Shown here piece after piece: positions 1 through 15,005 of a DNA stretch of 64,000 nucleotides. The DNA comes from the human T2T-CHM13v2.0 reference genome, Homo sapiens, in assembly GCF_009914755.1 (NCBI RefSeq), contig NC_060929.1; one strand, written 5' to 3'. The notes beneath the pieces are model-generated. The model was not told the DNA's origin and made no database searches. It worked only from the letters and a program-made list of their open reading frames with translations. The translations under genes were made by a program, and so were the position numbers. Positions within the stretch are counted from its first letter, which is position 1. Every line of letters starts with the position of its first letter.

Positions 1-1518
1 GGTGTCCCAGCAGGCTAGAGAGGTTCCTTTGCCAAAAAATGTTTTAAAGAAGAGGAGATCATCCAAATGAAAGGATGGAGATATGCACAAAGCCTCTTTC
101 ACGTGCAGAGATATTCATCAACAGTCAGAAAGTGCCTAAATGTCCAACAGTAGGGAATCAAAATTATGGAACGCCCATGTGACCACCAAAAGTTGAGAGT
201 TTTTAATGAATGGAAACATGTTTTGCATTGGCATACAGATGGCAGGGTCCCAAATATGTGGCAAGAGCTTAGAAAAAAGACTGGAAGGAAATAGGCTAAA
301 GAGGGTTAACAGTGTTTGCCCATGGATGGTGGGGTTGTGGGAGATTTGTTCCCTGACTACTTTTTCTTGACTTTCCAGATTTTATGCAATGAGCATGTTC
401 TTTAATAATTAGTGGACTACCTGGCTTCGAGTTCTGAGAGCAGGGAGGAGGGTGCCTGATTGAAAAAAAGGTAACTTACGGTTCAGTAAAATGGGTGCCA
501 CGTATCTGAGTGTGCCCTGTCTCAGGCCTACAATATAGACTGAATTGCCTCTAAAAGGGTTCAAGTAGTGTTTTCCAGATTGAAGTTTTCACCATCTTCT
601 TGTCTCTTATCTTGTCCCCTCCAATTCTGATACATCCTTTATCCTATTGTCAATTTGGTAATACAGATCTGAGACTACTCCTCCCCTGCTCAAAAATATT
701 CCAAGACTCCTCATTACCAAATGGATCAAGACCAAAGTCCTTAGACTGGCATACATGGCTCATGATGGTTTAGTCTCTGGCCAGCCTTATCGCCTCCAGC
801 TACCCCACCCACCCACCCTCTGCTGGTCCACCTACAACAATCCACATCCAGCTGGCTGAATTAACTATGTTCTTGCCCACCTCCAAACTTCCCACTTGGA
901 ATTTCTCTTGCCTGCAATGCCCTCCTTTGCTTAGCAACCCCATCCTACTCATCCTTCAAGATTCCATTCAAACCAGATCTTCTAGGACCCCACAGTTTAC
1001 AGGTATGCTCCTCCCCCAGGGCTCCTTAAAGATGGGGATGATGTTGCCAGCACACAGGATGTCTCCTCCTTGCCAGCACCCAGGATGGGGCTGGCACATG
1101 AAGGCTTGTCAGTAATAGGGGCACCTCTATGTCAAGGCCTGGCAGGCCCCTTAGAAGAAATACGAAATTATTAATATCAATAATATCTGTTGTTTGTTGT
1201 ATTCTTACTATGTTCCCATGATAACCCTATGGGTCTCACTTTCAGATTGGAAACTAAGAGTAACATGCGTTCAGCCACTTGCCCAGTATCTAACAGAATT
1301 CGAACACTGGCCATCTAAATCCACGGCCTACACTCCTAATCAGGGTCAGGAAGGGCTGACAGATTCAATCAACCAACATTTAATCAGGGATCACAGAGAT
1401 GCTGTAAAAAGCAATGCATCTCTGCACTATAGAGGTGAAGAAATGGCACAATGACCTCCAAAGTGCAAGGGTTTGTGCCAGATACTGGGGACCTAGGCAT
1501 ATAAAAGATGCCATCTCA

Positions 1519-1836
<318 letters not shown>

Positions 1837-2035
1837 CTACAGGGAGCTTACAGACAGTGGGGTGTGGCGAGAGTGGTGTGTAAGCAGGGTCCTCAGGGCT
1901 TTGATAGGGGGTGTTTAGGAAACTGTGGGGCCTCAGAGGATGCAGGGTGAAGACTGCCCAGAGGGGATAATATTTGAAATAGATCAGGAAGGATAAGCAG
2001 GAATTCACCAGGTGAGCCAGGGAGGTTGGAAAGAT

Positions 2036-2247
2036 GGTTCTCAACTGGAGACATTTTTGCCCCTTGGAAGACATTTGTCAACATCTGGAGCTATTTTTGA
2101 TTTTCACAACTTGGGGAGGGGGAGTGCTGGCGTCTAGTGGGTAGACGTCAGAGATGCTACTAAACTTCCCACAATACACGGGACAGCCCTCATAACAAAA
2201 AATTATCCTGTCCCAAATGTCAATAGTGCCGAGGTTAAGAAACCCTG
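2036..2247 (+). mobile_element. MER20 hAT-Charlie non-autonomous DNA transposon
   Basis: ggttctcaac...gtctagtgggtaga...aatgtcaatagtgccgaggttaagaaaccctg resembles the MER20 consensus. Confidence 0.85.
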
Positions 2248-2429
2248 GGCTGGAAGAGAAGAGCATTCCTGACCAGGGATCAGCTGGTTCAGGTAGCCAC
2301 AGGTGTTTACCAAGGGCCTTCAAAGCACTGGTCCTTTGAGCCTGAGGTTGCTCTATTGGCCACCTGGCCTCCCTGCTTCCCCTCTGCCCCCACCCCTCAA
2401 GCAACAAAGGTGGTCTTCTTTTTTAACGT

Positions 2430-3260
2430 AAGAGCAGAGCGTTATAGAGACATAATTCATATACTATAAAAGTCACCAATTCAAATGACAAGTCCATAAT
2501 TTTTAGGATATTCACACAGAGTTGTGCAGCCATCACCACTATGTGATTTCAGACCATTTTCACTATCCCCAAAAGAAACCTGTCCACATTAGCACTCACC
2601 CTCTATCCACTCCCCACTCCCACTCAAGGCTCAGCAACCACAGGTCTACTTTCCCTCGCTATAGGTTTGCCTATTCTGGACATTTCACAAAAACTGAATC
2701 ATACAATAGGTTTTGTGACTGATTTCTTACACCTAGCATGTTTTTAAGGTTCATCCATGTTGTTGCATGTATCAGCGCTTCATGCCTTGTTATGGCTAAA
2801 TAATATTCCATTATATGGATAGACCACATTTTCTTCATTCATCAGTTGATGGGCATTTGGGTTGTTTCTGCTTTGGGGCTATAATGAATAATGTTGCTGT
2901 GAACGTTTGCATGTAGGCTTTTGGGGAGACATATATTTTCATTTCTCTTGAATATATGCCTCGGAGTAGAATGGCTGGATCACATGGTGATGCAGCTTTG
3001 ACTTGGCGCCTGTTTGAGGAATTGCCAAACTGTTTCCAAAGAGGTTGCACTGTCTTACATTCCCACCAGCAGTGCACGGAGGTCCCAGTCCTTTCCAAAG
3101 CTTCTTAGGTCTTTTGGATTCTAGCCATCCTTGTGGGTGTGAAGTCGTGTCATTGTGGTTTCGGTTTACATTTCCCTGAGGGCTAATGACTTTGAGCATC
3201 CTTCAGTGTGCTTGTTGGCCATTTGTGTATCTTCTTTGGAGAACTGTCTATTCAGATCAG
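2430..3260 (-). mobile_element. Old L1M (L1MB-like) 3' end fragment
   Basis: Antisense L1 3' UTR and ORF2 C-terminus. Minus-strand translation (HCWWECKTVQPLWK, KQPKCPS) resembles the L1 ORF2 C-terminus. Confidence 0.85.
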
Positions 3261-4416
3261 AGTCACCTTTTAAACTTCAATGCGTCACTCCCTTACTTGG
3301 ACTGAAATGCTAACTCCATAGAAATCTATCAGGCGCCCTCCATCAGGCCCTGCCCGTGCACTGTCTGCATTTCTCCTCACTCGGCTCTAGCCAAAGCCTC
3401 AAAAGGGCCAGCTCGTTCCCCACCGGCCCTTTGTAGTTGCCAGTTCCTCTGCCCAGCTTGCCCTTTGCACAGCAGTTCAAGGATCAGCCCCAGAGAGGCC
3501 CTCCCTGTCCTCCCAGTCTCAAGGACACTTCTCCAGCCCCCCTCTAGCACACTTCAAGTTTTCTTTGATCGTATTTTCCTGTTTGATAAGATCTTGAAGA
3601 ACTCCAGGTGTGACTACACCTTTGACTACTGTGTGACCCTGGGCAAGCCACCTCCCCTCTCTGAGCCTCAGCTGCCCCATCTGAAAACCAGAAGAAGTGG
3701 GACTGGCTGATTGCAAAGGGCCTTTCCAGCTCTGCCCCTATCTGATGCCGTGTGACAGCAATGCCAGGAGGGTGCGGGCCTGGCGCCATTGCTGTGAGAG
3801 AAGTGTGGCTGGAGCCAAGTTGGTCACGGACTAGAGCAGGCAGTGTGGCTGATTATTGCCAGCCCCATGGGGACAGTCTGCAGGAGCGTGTGGCAGCTTT
3901 GACCTGCCACCCAACCTCCAAGAACAGGAGGGAGGATTGCAAACACCTCCAGCTCCAGCAAGGACTGGACACTTTGGCCACCTTGGGCTCTAGAATTGCC
4001 CATTTTTCCTGGGAGAATGATCTAACAGCCAAAGCCTCTGTTAACATGAGGGCCATTCATTCACACATTCAGTCACTCACCAAATGCTTCCTGGGGCCCT
4101 GCTTGTGCTCAGTCCTGGGCAGTGCACTGAAGATACAGCAATGGATACACCTGATAAGATTCCAGCATAGTGTGGAAAGCAGACAGGTGCATGGGAATGC
4201 AGCAGATAGACACAGAGCGTCTGGGTATTCCAGATGTAGAAAGGGCGTGCACAAGGAAACAGAGCTGCAAAATGTCCAGGGGTGTTCAGGGCATTCAGGA
4301 TGATTAGGCTTGACCTGAGACCCCAGGGCAGTGGGGGCAGGCAGTAGAGGAATCAGCGGCGCAGACCTTGAAAAGTCTTCAGCATCAAGCTGAGGTGTTT
4401 GGATTTTGTCCTGTAG

Positions 4417-4716
<300 letters not shown>

Positions 4717-6209
4717 CGCACAAAAGGATTTTCAGCTGAGGATAGAGGCGATCCGGTTTGCATTTTCTAAAATGCCTTTTCTCCAGACAGTGCGGAGGAG
4801 GGTGGGGCTGAGGAGAGAGCAGGAGGCCAGGAACTTAATCAGGATGGCCTGGCTCTTTTTCTTCGTCTTGTGCAGGGATGAAGGCCAGTACTCTGCAGCT
4901 GGAGAGGAAGGGACAGCTTCAAAGCTGAGAGGTAGAATCATCTGAAGGGGGTATGGGTTGAAGGAAAGGAAGGAATCTAAGTAATGAATGACACAGGAAC
5001 AGCTGATGCCAGCCTCCCGGGGTTCCTGCTACGACCGAGGAGGTACAGGAGCTGCAGGAGCTGGCATTTGAGCATGGCATTTTCCAGGTGGCTGGAGAGG
5101 GGGAGTAGAGGCAGCGGGAGAGGGAGGTCCGGACCCAGGATCTGGATATGCACAAGCACAGAAGTGTGAGAATTAAAGAGAGTTAAAGAAACAGTGAGAG
5201 GCCCTGGATGCCTGGAGCACAGAGGGTGTGAATGGCAAGATGGGAGGGGAAACTGAGGCTGGAGTGGGCAGGAGGGGCATCCCTGCTTGGCATCAGAGGG
5301 CTGTTAGAACCCAGAGCAGGGGTCCTGGCTACAAGACCACTGACTGTTGCTTCCAGGCACAGAGCACTCGCTGCCCTGAGAAAGCCCATTGCTAGAGCTA
5401 GAAAGTTCTCAACACCTTACCACACTCCCAGGGCCAGAGATGGGTGCCTGTCAGTCTGATTGTCAAACAGGCAGAAGGCAGATTCCCCCAAACAATTGAC
5501 CAGTGAATGTGATGTCAACTGAGGCCAAGCTCTCAAAGCGATTATAAAATGGGCAAGAGTGGTTAGAAAAGGAAGAAGGAAATCCTGGAAACCGACCTGG
5601 CTCTCCAAGAACACCAGGAACATGCCAAGATCATAGATGGCAGCTGGCAGAGGACTTTTGCAGAGACCACAAGATATTTTTGGGAAAAAAAAAAGAGCCA
5701 ACAGTTTTAAATGAGATTTCATTGAAAAGTTAGGACATTTTATTTCAAACCCAGAAGATTTTACTGAACATCCAGATTTCCAGCTTCTGGAGAATGTGGA
5801 GCTCTGATGGCACTGAGCCCATAGTGGCCACAGCTGTGTAGTGGCTCCCCATCCAGCTGGGCACTGCACCCCCACTGTGGGTGCAGCCTGCCACATTTCA
5901 CCTGCCTGCCTGAGCCCTGAGGCCCTGGGATCTGAGACCCCAGGACCAGCCTCATCCCTGTCTCTGCCCTGCTACCTAGAGGCTGAGCCAGTGTGGGAGT
6001 TTCTTGCCCTGCAGTCCCCAGACTGTGTTCCTGGAAGCGACAGTCTCAGAGAAGGCTCTGTGGAGGTGGGATCTGGGGCGTCATTGGGCTCTCTGGAAGC
6101 CCTGCCACCCCCAGCCCCTCTCAGTCACAGCACAGGATGACGAGTTCAGTCAAGTCTGCAACAGAGACCCCAGTTGATGTGACTCACCCTTGAACTCAGG
6201 CGCAGATTC

Positions 6210-6508
6210 CTTTTTTGGTTTTTGAGATAGAGTCTCACTCCGTCACTGAGGCTGGAGTGCAGTGGTGCAATCTCAGCTCACAGCAGCCTCGACCTCCCCA
6301 GCTCAGGGGATCCTCCTCACCTCAGCCTCCCAAGTAGCTGGGACTACATACATGCAGCACCACACCCTGCTAAGTTTTTGTATTTTTTTTGTAGAGACAA
6401 GGTTTCACCATATTGCCCAGGCTGGGCTTGAACTCCTGGGCTCAAGCGATCCACCCGCCTTGCCTCCCAAAGCACTGGGATTACAGACATGAGCCACTGC
6501 GCCCGGCC
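6210..6508 (-). mobile_element. AluJ
   Basis: Antisense Alu with flanking repeat cagattcctttttt. Confidence 0.92.
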
Positions 6509-6940
6509 TCCAGATTCCTTTTTTTGAAGTAGCACCTTTAACAAATATCCACAGAGCTCATTTGGGACCATACTGCCTTCTTCTAAAGACTGATTAAATG
6601 GTTGTTTTTTCTTTTCCCTTTTTGAGTAGATAAGACCTTCATGTGGTTCAAAAGTACAATCTACAGGGTACACAATGAAAGGCCTCACTGCACCCTGGCC
6701 ACCGTCTGTCCAATCCCTGCTCAAAAAATAGAAGGGGTTTCTTTTGTTCATTTGTTGTGGTTTATTCTCCCAGGTTTTCTTTTTGCAAATAAAGGCATAT
6801 ATATATATATGTAATGTATAGTCTTATTTTTGGCCCAAAGGGGAATATATTATACATACTATTTTGTACCTTACGTGTTGTTTTTTAGTCACTGTAGACT
6901 TAACTCTCAATGTAGAAAACTTTGAATAAAGAAATGTGCT

Positions 6941-7332
<392 letters not shown>

Positions 7333-7666
7333 CTACCAGGCATACATTTGGTTTTGGCTGTCCCCCCACATCCCCTGTAAGTTAACAGATTAGGAGTTCA
7401 TAGTTATAATCATTGTCTCCTTACAATTTGAATCCTGCTATTTTTTGACTTAAATATAAGCATTTCCCCTCATTATTTCATAGTTTCCAAGAAGTGATAG
7501 TAACAGCTGTAGTAATTTTGTTGTGACATAATTTAACCATTCTTCTAGTTTTGAACATATAGGTCATTCCCAATATTGCCTATTGTCGAGAATACAGTTA
7601 TACCTACAGTTGTTCTGTATATTTCTAATTGGGCAGAGTGAGCATCCCTAGAAAGTGGGCCACCTA

Positions 7667-9105
7667 CTTGGATTTTCTTTAAAATATTCACATGAACAAA
7701 CAAAAAATATTAAGTGGTGGCGGGGATGCAAGACGATTGGCACAATGCTGAAAATAGGCTGGAAAAAGGGGATGTGGGGTTCATCATTCTCTCCTCTCTA
7801 CTGCTGTGTCTCTTTGAAACCTCAAAAACAAATGCATTTAACAAAGCAGGGGCCAGGTGCTGAAAAGCCATGGTTTGGTGCTCCAGGGCTGGGACTGTGT
7901 GGGGATGAGGTTCTGGAAGGGGAAGGACCAGGGCAGGGCACAGGCACCTGGGGAGCTGGAGGAAGGCAGGTGCCAGTGTGGGCCAAGCACTGTGGTGTGG
8001 GCTTGTGCATCACACATGTGCGCTATTTATGCTCACGGTGTGTGAACAAAGTAGTGAGTGCTGGGGCTTGGCACACATTTACCCACTGACTCCGCACAGC
8101 AGTCAGACAGCGGGGGACTGCAGGGATTTCCTTCCTCCAGTTGAGAATTCTGAGGCAGAGACCCCCCCAGCTGTTGCTCGCAGGGTGGGGGTGCAGGGGA
8201 ATATTACTCAGGAAGTTGGCTCTAGAAGGGTCTTGATCTTGACCCCATACACGTGTCAACTCCATTGTGAGGCTGGGTTATTAGCCCCATTTTACAAGTA
8301 AGGGAAATTGAGGCTCAAAGCAAAGTCATCTGGCCAAAATTGACTAACTGGTAGCAGCAGAGCTGAACTAGAACTCACTGCAGCTGCTGTGAAGGATGCC
8401 TTTCTTCATCAGGTCCTGGAGACTGAGATGAGAGTCGCGGTGAGGGGCCGGCTAGGAGGAAGGGCCCAGGCTGGTCAGTGAGGAGGAGTCCAGCCATTCT
8501 GCAGGCTGTCCAGGAACAATCGCGTGCTCCCAGAAGCAGAGCGAGGGTGACAGGCACTCAAAGACTCTTAGGGAAGGGCAGCAAGGTCATGGCAGAGTTG
8601 TCCAAATCCAGAAAGAGGGTGGGAGAAGCAGGGGAGAGGGGAGCTCCCCAGCATGGAAGGGATGTTGAGGGCAGGACTCACTCAGTGCAGAATCACGGAA
8701 CAAAGTGTGACAATGTCCACAAAGAATCAATCGTGCAGTTCCTCAGGAGGTCCCTGCTTTGGTTTTTGTTTTGTTTTGTGAGATGGGGTCTCCTCCAGCT
8801 CAGGCTGGAGTGCAGTGGCACAGTCATGACTGAGTGTAGCCTCCACCTCCTGGGCCCAAGCGATCCTCCTGCCTCGGCCTTCCAAAGTGCTGGGATTACA
8901 GGCCTGAGCCACAGCACCTGGCCCCTGCTTTGTTAAATGCATTTGTTTTTGAGGTTCCAAAGAGACACAGAGAGGAGAGAATGATGAACCCCACATCCCC
9001 TTTTCCCAGCCTCACTATTTTCAGCATTTTGCCAATCGTCTTTCATCCCTGCCACCGTATAATATTTTTTGTTCGTTCATGTGAATATTTTAAAGAAAAT
9101 CCAAG
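7667..9105. repeat. Inverted repeat pair: arms 7667-7862 and 8912-9105
   Basis: The arms are reverse complements with about 9 substitutions and 2 small indels by manual alignment. Confidence 0.93.
8760..8923 (-). mobile_element. Alu monomer (FRAM/FAM-like)
   Basis: About 160-bp single-arm antisense Alu with a (T)-rich tail. Confidence 0.8.
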
Positions 9106-9128
9106 GCATCCTGGAACTGTGCTTGTAA

Positions 9129-9442
<314 letters not shown>

Positions 9443-9919
9443 TCAGTGTTTGTGTTTATTTCTAACTGACGAGCACATGGCACCCTCCCATTGCTGCAGC
9501 TAACAGAATGACAGAAGGAACACAATTCCTTAACATAACCTAACACCCGATTCGCATTCAAGTTTCCCTGATTGCTTCAAGATGCCTTTGTCCCACGATT
9601 ATGTTCACATCAGGATCCAAGCAAGGTCCCTTTTAATGCTTTCAAAGAGCACTAGAGCTCCACTAAAGGAATCCTGCCTTTACCGTTCATGGACTGAAGA
9701 GAACAGGAAGACTGGACACTTCTGTGACTTGATGCTGCTTTTCCAAGGAGCCCAAATTTTACTAACCCAGGAGCAGCCCCCTCGGGGTGACAAACTCTGA
9801 TGCTTCTGAGGCCAGGCAGGGGGCATCACTGCTCGGTGTCACTCCCTGGTGGGCCTGTGTCTGGTCAGGCTTCTAGCACCAGGCTCCAATCCAAAGGGGA
9901 CAGGTGGGAACGAGGGCCA

Positions 9920-10210
9920 GGGCTGTTTTTCAAGAGTAATTGGAGCCAGGCCTGTAATCCCAGCTACTCAGGGAGCCAAAGCAGAAGGATCTCTTGAGCC
10001 CAGCAGTCCAAGACCAGCCTGGGCAACATAGTGAGACCCTGCCTCAAAGAAAATTTTTTTTTTAAAGTAACTGGAAATCTAGACTTTTTACATGAAATCT
10101 CCTGATTGTTAAATGTTGCTTCTTAAAAAAAATTGATAAACATTGTTTGAACCCAACAGCACTCCTCAGTAGACTGAATTCAGCCTGTGGCCATTGATTC
10201 CATCTTTGCT
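9920..10210 (+). mobile_element. MER103-like DNA transposon remnant interrupted by a FLAM-like Alu monomer (~9943-10052)
   Basis: tttttcaagag...ggaaatctagactttttacatgaaatctcctgattgttaaatgttg. The monomer is flanked by agtaattgga/agtaactgga. Confidence 0.65.
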
Positions 10211-13200
10211 GTCCAAAAATTTTGAAACTAGGGGAGACACATGTTGTTTGAAGGAAATGACCTCCCCATCTTTGGAGGTAATCAAGGAGAGGTAGCCTGG
10301 CCATCCATCTGAAATGCTGGACAGGGACTCTTCCACTCACAGTGACCACTAGGCTATTTCCTGTCCTCGGTCCTACTAATAGATGATTCAGAAATCCCAC
10401 AGCCTCCCCTCGGACCAGCAGTGTGCCTGAGAGCACCGCCACAGCCAGGCTGCAAATGCAACCACCTGCCTGGGGCAGAACCCTCAAGACTCTTGAGCCC
10501 ACCAGAGACCCTTGGAGAGTCTACATGATTAATCCTAATCCCTACCCTCATTGCTGGCCAAAGACTGGCCACATCAGGATGATGAAAATCCCTTCCAGGC
10601 AGACAGCTGCCTGGGCTGGTTCTTGATTTGCTTTGCCAGGCCATATCCAGATTTGGGCCTGTAACAATGCTTAACAAGCCTCATCTGAATGCAGTAGTGG
10701 GCACACAGACATGGGCCCTGCCCTGTGGCGCTTATACTCACCCGGCAGGGGCCAACAGAGAAAGAAAGAATGGCGCACATGGGGTTAATAACAAGGTATG
10801 CTAAGTGCCATGTTGGAAGTACAGGATGCCAAGAATGTATAACCAGACGTCTAATGTCTGTTGAGAGTGCTGCGTGGGGATGGGGCAGTGCTTTGGGGAA
10901 CTGGAGGACAGTTCTGTGCACAGAAGCCTCTGAGTGAGGAAAAGAGAAGTTGGGAACTCATATTAGAAAGTTCCCAGGAGCCAGGTGGATTGCCCAAGGG
11001 TTTGTGGGGCACCGCATGGGCTTGGTTTTTCTCAGAAGAGCAGAGGTTGCATAAGATAATCAACGGGTATAAATGTTCCTGGCAAGTGTTATCTGTTTGC
11101 TGCTGATATCTTTAAGGTGACCCAGCTGGTTGCAGGACTTCTGCCTGTAAGAGAAAGTTGTACCTTGGCAGAAGGGCAAAACCTCCAAGGAATGAGGCTG
11201 GGGGAGAGAATAGAGAGGGAGGAAGAGACAGTGTTGTCAGTGGCAGTGCTGGTATCCAGTTCATGTGGCCACAGCTGCTACTGATGGTGGAGGTGATGGT
11301 GATGATGGTGGTCACAGCCAGCCTAGAAAAAGGAATTTGGACTTCTTCTCTGAACCTCAGAGCTTTTCAGAGACACACAAAAAACTTTGCAAACACACAT
11401 ACATACATACAAAGTGCCAGGTATAAAATACAAAAAGAAACCCACAAAATTGCAAGTATTAAATGTTCAATTGAACATCCGCAAATGTAACATTATGCCA
11501 GCTGGTCAAAGTCAGCTGCCTAAGTCAAATAGCCATATACAAATTATATTTTCTTTGGAAAGTGCATAAATTGCAATGTATTTATTATGCAGTGAGGTAT
11601 GACCTCCAAAAGAAAGAGGGTGTAGAGCTCTGTAAATGTCCTTAAATGGCTGTGACTCATTGGCAAACACTTTGTAAGATAGTAAGCCCCGCATCGATGG
11701 AGGTGGGCAAGGAGAGCCGGGATGACTGCCTCTCTGGGGTGCTACAGAAGGGGTTCCTGAACATGAGGAGCACTGTGTTTTGTTTCCACCCAGAGCTCTC
11801 CTATTTTACTATGGAGGGCTCATGATTCCTTCCCTTCACCCCTCCACACACACACACAGTTGCTGGAAGAGACCTTTGAAATATTCTAAGCCCATCTCCA
11901 CAATTTTCTGCTGAGGAAACTGAGGATATGAAACTTGCTTGAGGTAACACAGCAAGTCAGATTCACACCAGAGACACAAACTCAGGATCCGGATTCCCAG
12001 CCCAGTGTTCTTCCCACCCCAGCTCCTGCCCCTGAGCAGTTTTGCCCCTGGGTGGCAGGGATGTGGGCTTCTCTGAAAACATTGGCGATCCACATCTCAC
12101 CTCCCCAAGAACCAAGGCAGACTCTTCAGCCATCCCATCTCACCCCTGCCCTGAAAACTCCCTCCCCAGGCCTCTGCCACGCTCGCCAGCCCACTGCGGA
12201 TGGAGGACTTTGGCCAAGTCACAAAACATCATAAACCTTAATTTTCTTATCTATAAGATAGAGATGAATAGTGGTACCCACATAATAGGGTTGTTGAAGA
12301 GATTAAATGGGATAATGTACGTAAAATATTTCAAAGATTACCTGACACTTTCAAAGTACCCAATAAATGGGATATGATATTGTTACGATGGTTATTTTCA
12401 AGTGCGTTTAGCCAACTGAGTGTTAACAGATCCCCCATTATGTGCCTGTTGGGGAGCAAGGTGGAGTGGATCCTGGACCCTGGATCCTGACCCTCGCCAA
12501 GCTCTCATTCCAGTGGGGAGACACAAATAGTGAACCAATAGAGAAACACACGAAATGCTAGGAGGGCCATGTGGGGTGGGGGATGTTAAAGAGGGTGAAT
12601 TGAGCTGCCTTGGAGGGGTCCAGGAGGCCCCTCGGCAGAGCTGATGTGTGTACTGAGACGGGAATGTCCAGGTCATCAGCAGGTCACAGACCAAGCTCTG
12701 GGGAGGAGCAGGTGTGTAGTATCCGAGGAATAAGAGCAAGGTTAGGGGGGCCAGTGTGCACCCACTGAAGCCTCGGGTGGTAAAAGAGGAGATGGAGCAG
12801 GTTGCAGGGGATGCCGATCATAAGGGGCCTTCTGAGCCAGTGGTAAGAGCGTGTAACAGGACAAAACTGGTGAGGTAGAAGCAGGCAGGTGCTAGTGATT
12901 CAAGCGCCAGCAGCAGGGAGGCTGGTCAGGACCTGTCTCAAAACTTCAGGCAAGAGAGGGTGATGGCTCGAACTAGGACTAGGACGGGGGCAGCTGCAAA
13001 GGAGAGTAGATGTGTGTGTGTGCGTGTGTGTATGCATGTGCGCGTTTCACAGGCAGACAGGGTTTGCTGATGGGTTGGATGTCAGAGATGAAGGAAAGAT
13101 GGGAATCAAGAAGAATGCCTAAGTGTTTAGCCTGAGCAACCAGGTGTTTGGAGGCTGGGGAGGAGCAGGTTAGAAAAAAGAATCAGGGGTCCTTTTCTAG

Positions 13201-13474
13201 CCCCTCACTTCATGATTTATATCCACTTTGTGCCCACAATATGCAGAAAAGACAAGTCTACAGAGACAGAAAGCAGGTCGGCGGCTGCCAGGGGCTAGGG
13301 AAAGGGAGGAAGCAGGAGCGACTGACAATGGGAACAAGGACTGCTTCTGGGGTGATGAAAATGTTTTGGAACCAGAGAGAGGTGGTGGTTGCACAACATG
13401 GTGAAGGTACTGAATGCTCCCCAACACTGTACACTGTAACACGGTGCATTGTATGTTATGTGAATTTCACCTCA

Positions 13475-13783
13475 GTTTTTTTTTTTTGTTTTTTTTTTTT
13501 TTGACGGAGTCTCGCTGTATCACCCAGGCTGGAGTGCAGTGGCGCAATCTCCGCTCAATGCAACCTCCGCCCCCCTGGGTTTAAGCCATTCTCTTGCCTC
13601 AGCGTCCCGAGTAGCTTGGATTACAGATGCCCGCCACCACGCCCTGCTAATTTTTATATTTTTAGTACAGACAGAGTTTTGCCATGTTGGCCAGGCTGGT
13701 CTCGAACTCCTGACCTCAGGTGATCCACCCGCCTCTGCCTCCTAAAGTGCTAGGATTACAGACGTGAGCCACCACACCCAGCC
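13475..13783 (-). mobile_element. AluS inserted at the end of an L1MB 3' fragment (~13230-13470)
   Basis: Antisense dimer with flanking cacctca duplication. Confidence 0.92.
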
Positions 13784-14799
13784 ACCTCAATTTTCTTTTT
13801 CAATGTGAAAGATAAATAAAGCTTTTCCCATACAAACAAAAACTAAGGAATTTTGTCATCAGATGGCAGCTTCAGGTTCCCACATCCGCTGTTGGCAGAG
13901 GCCAAGCAAATGGTGTGAGTCTCTCACTGATAAGGAAACATCACACAAGAACTGGTCACACAAATCAGTGCCGAGGCTGGTTTCATGCCTTCTGCGGCAG
14001 GGGGGGTCTGGGGATATGGACGTTCAAAGCCCTGCCTGCCTCTTTACTGGCTGTGTGGCCCCAGACAAGTGAGCTTTCCAAACCTCAGTTTCACCATCTA
14101 TCAAATGGGAACATGACAATCTCGCTATGCAGATACTATTATTATCATCTGTCAGGTGCCCGGCACGTGGTAGGTGCTCGGGAAATGGAAGTGGCCAGGG
14201 TCCTTGCTTCAAGTCCAGGTCCCCCTCTCCCTCACTATGATGCCTAGGGGATGACACTCATCATCATAAAGTGTCCACTCTGACCCCACCATCTAGCGCT
14301 GAGCTGGAGGACACACGTCTCGGGGGTAGTGAGACTCTTCCCAGTCTGTGCCAACAACACCAGTTACAGAACCTGCCCCCAATTCCAAATTCCAGACAAC
14401 ATTCAGATCCATTCACTTTTCAGCCTGTGCAGAGGGGTCCCGCTGGGGGCTGCAGAGCTTGGGACAAGACATGCTTGAAGACAGAAGCAAGAACAAGTCA
14501 TGCCTTTGCACCCCTCCTGACTGAGAAGAAATAAAGGGGCAGGACTCAAGCTCCTGGGAAGCTGGGGGCTTTCTCTCCAAGGAACAGCCACAGCCAGAAG
14601 TCTTTTCCTGCCTATGGGCTTTGACCAAATGTCCTGCCAGGAAGGAGTTAGACACCTGCAACCACAAAGATGCAAGATGTTTGTATGTTATCACAAGGGC
14701 GGAAGTGTCTTGTGCTGTTGATACAACTGCAATCATGCCATCTCTTTTAAAAGCCCAAAGTCCTTTCTCCACCTGCAAAGCCAAATATGTGGAGGCCGA

Positions 14800-15005
14800 G
14801 AACAGGGACTCTGGAGGCTGACAGACCTCGGTTCAAATCCTGACTTTGCCACTTACTGTTTTTGAAACTTTGGACAATTTCCTTAATTTTGCTAAGCCTC
14901 AGCGTCTGTGTTTGTAAAATGGGGAAAAGAAAAATCTCTTGCCTCACATTGTTGTGGTAAAGATTAAATGAGATAATGGCAGGCCTGTCATGAAGTAAGC
15001 ATTCT
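14800..15005 (+). mobile_element. MIR
   Basis: ggttcaaatcctgactttgccacttact...agcctcag...tgtaaaatggg...attaaatgagataatg core. Representative of many MIR/L2 fragments in the window that are not all listed. Confidence 0.8.
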
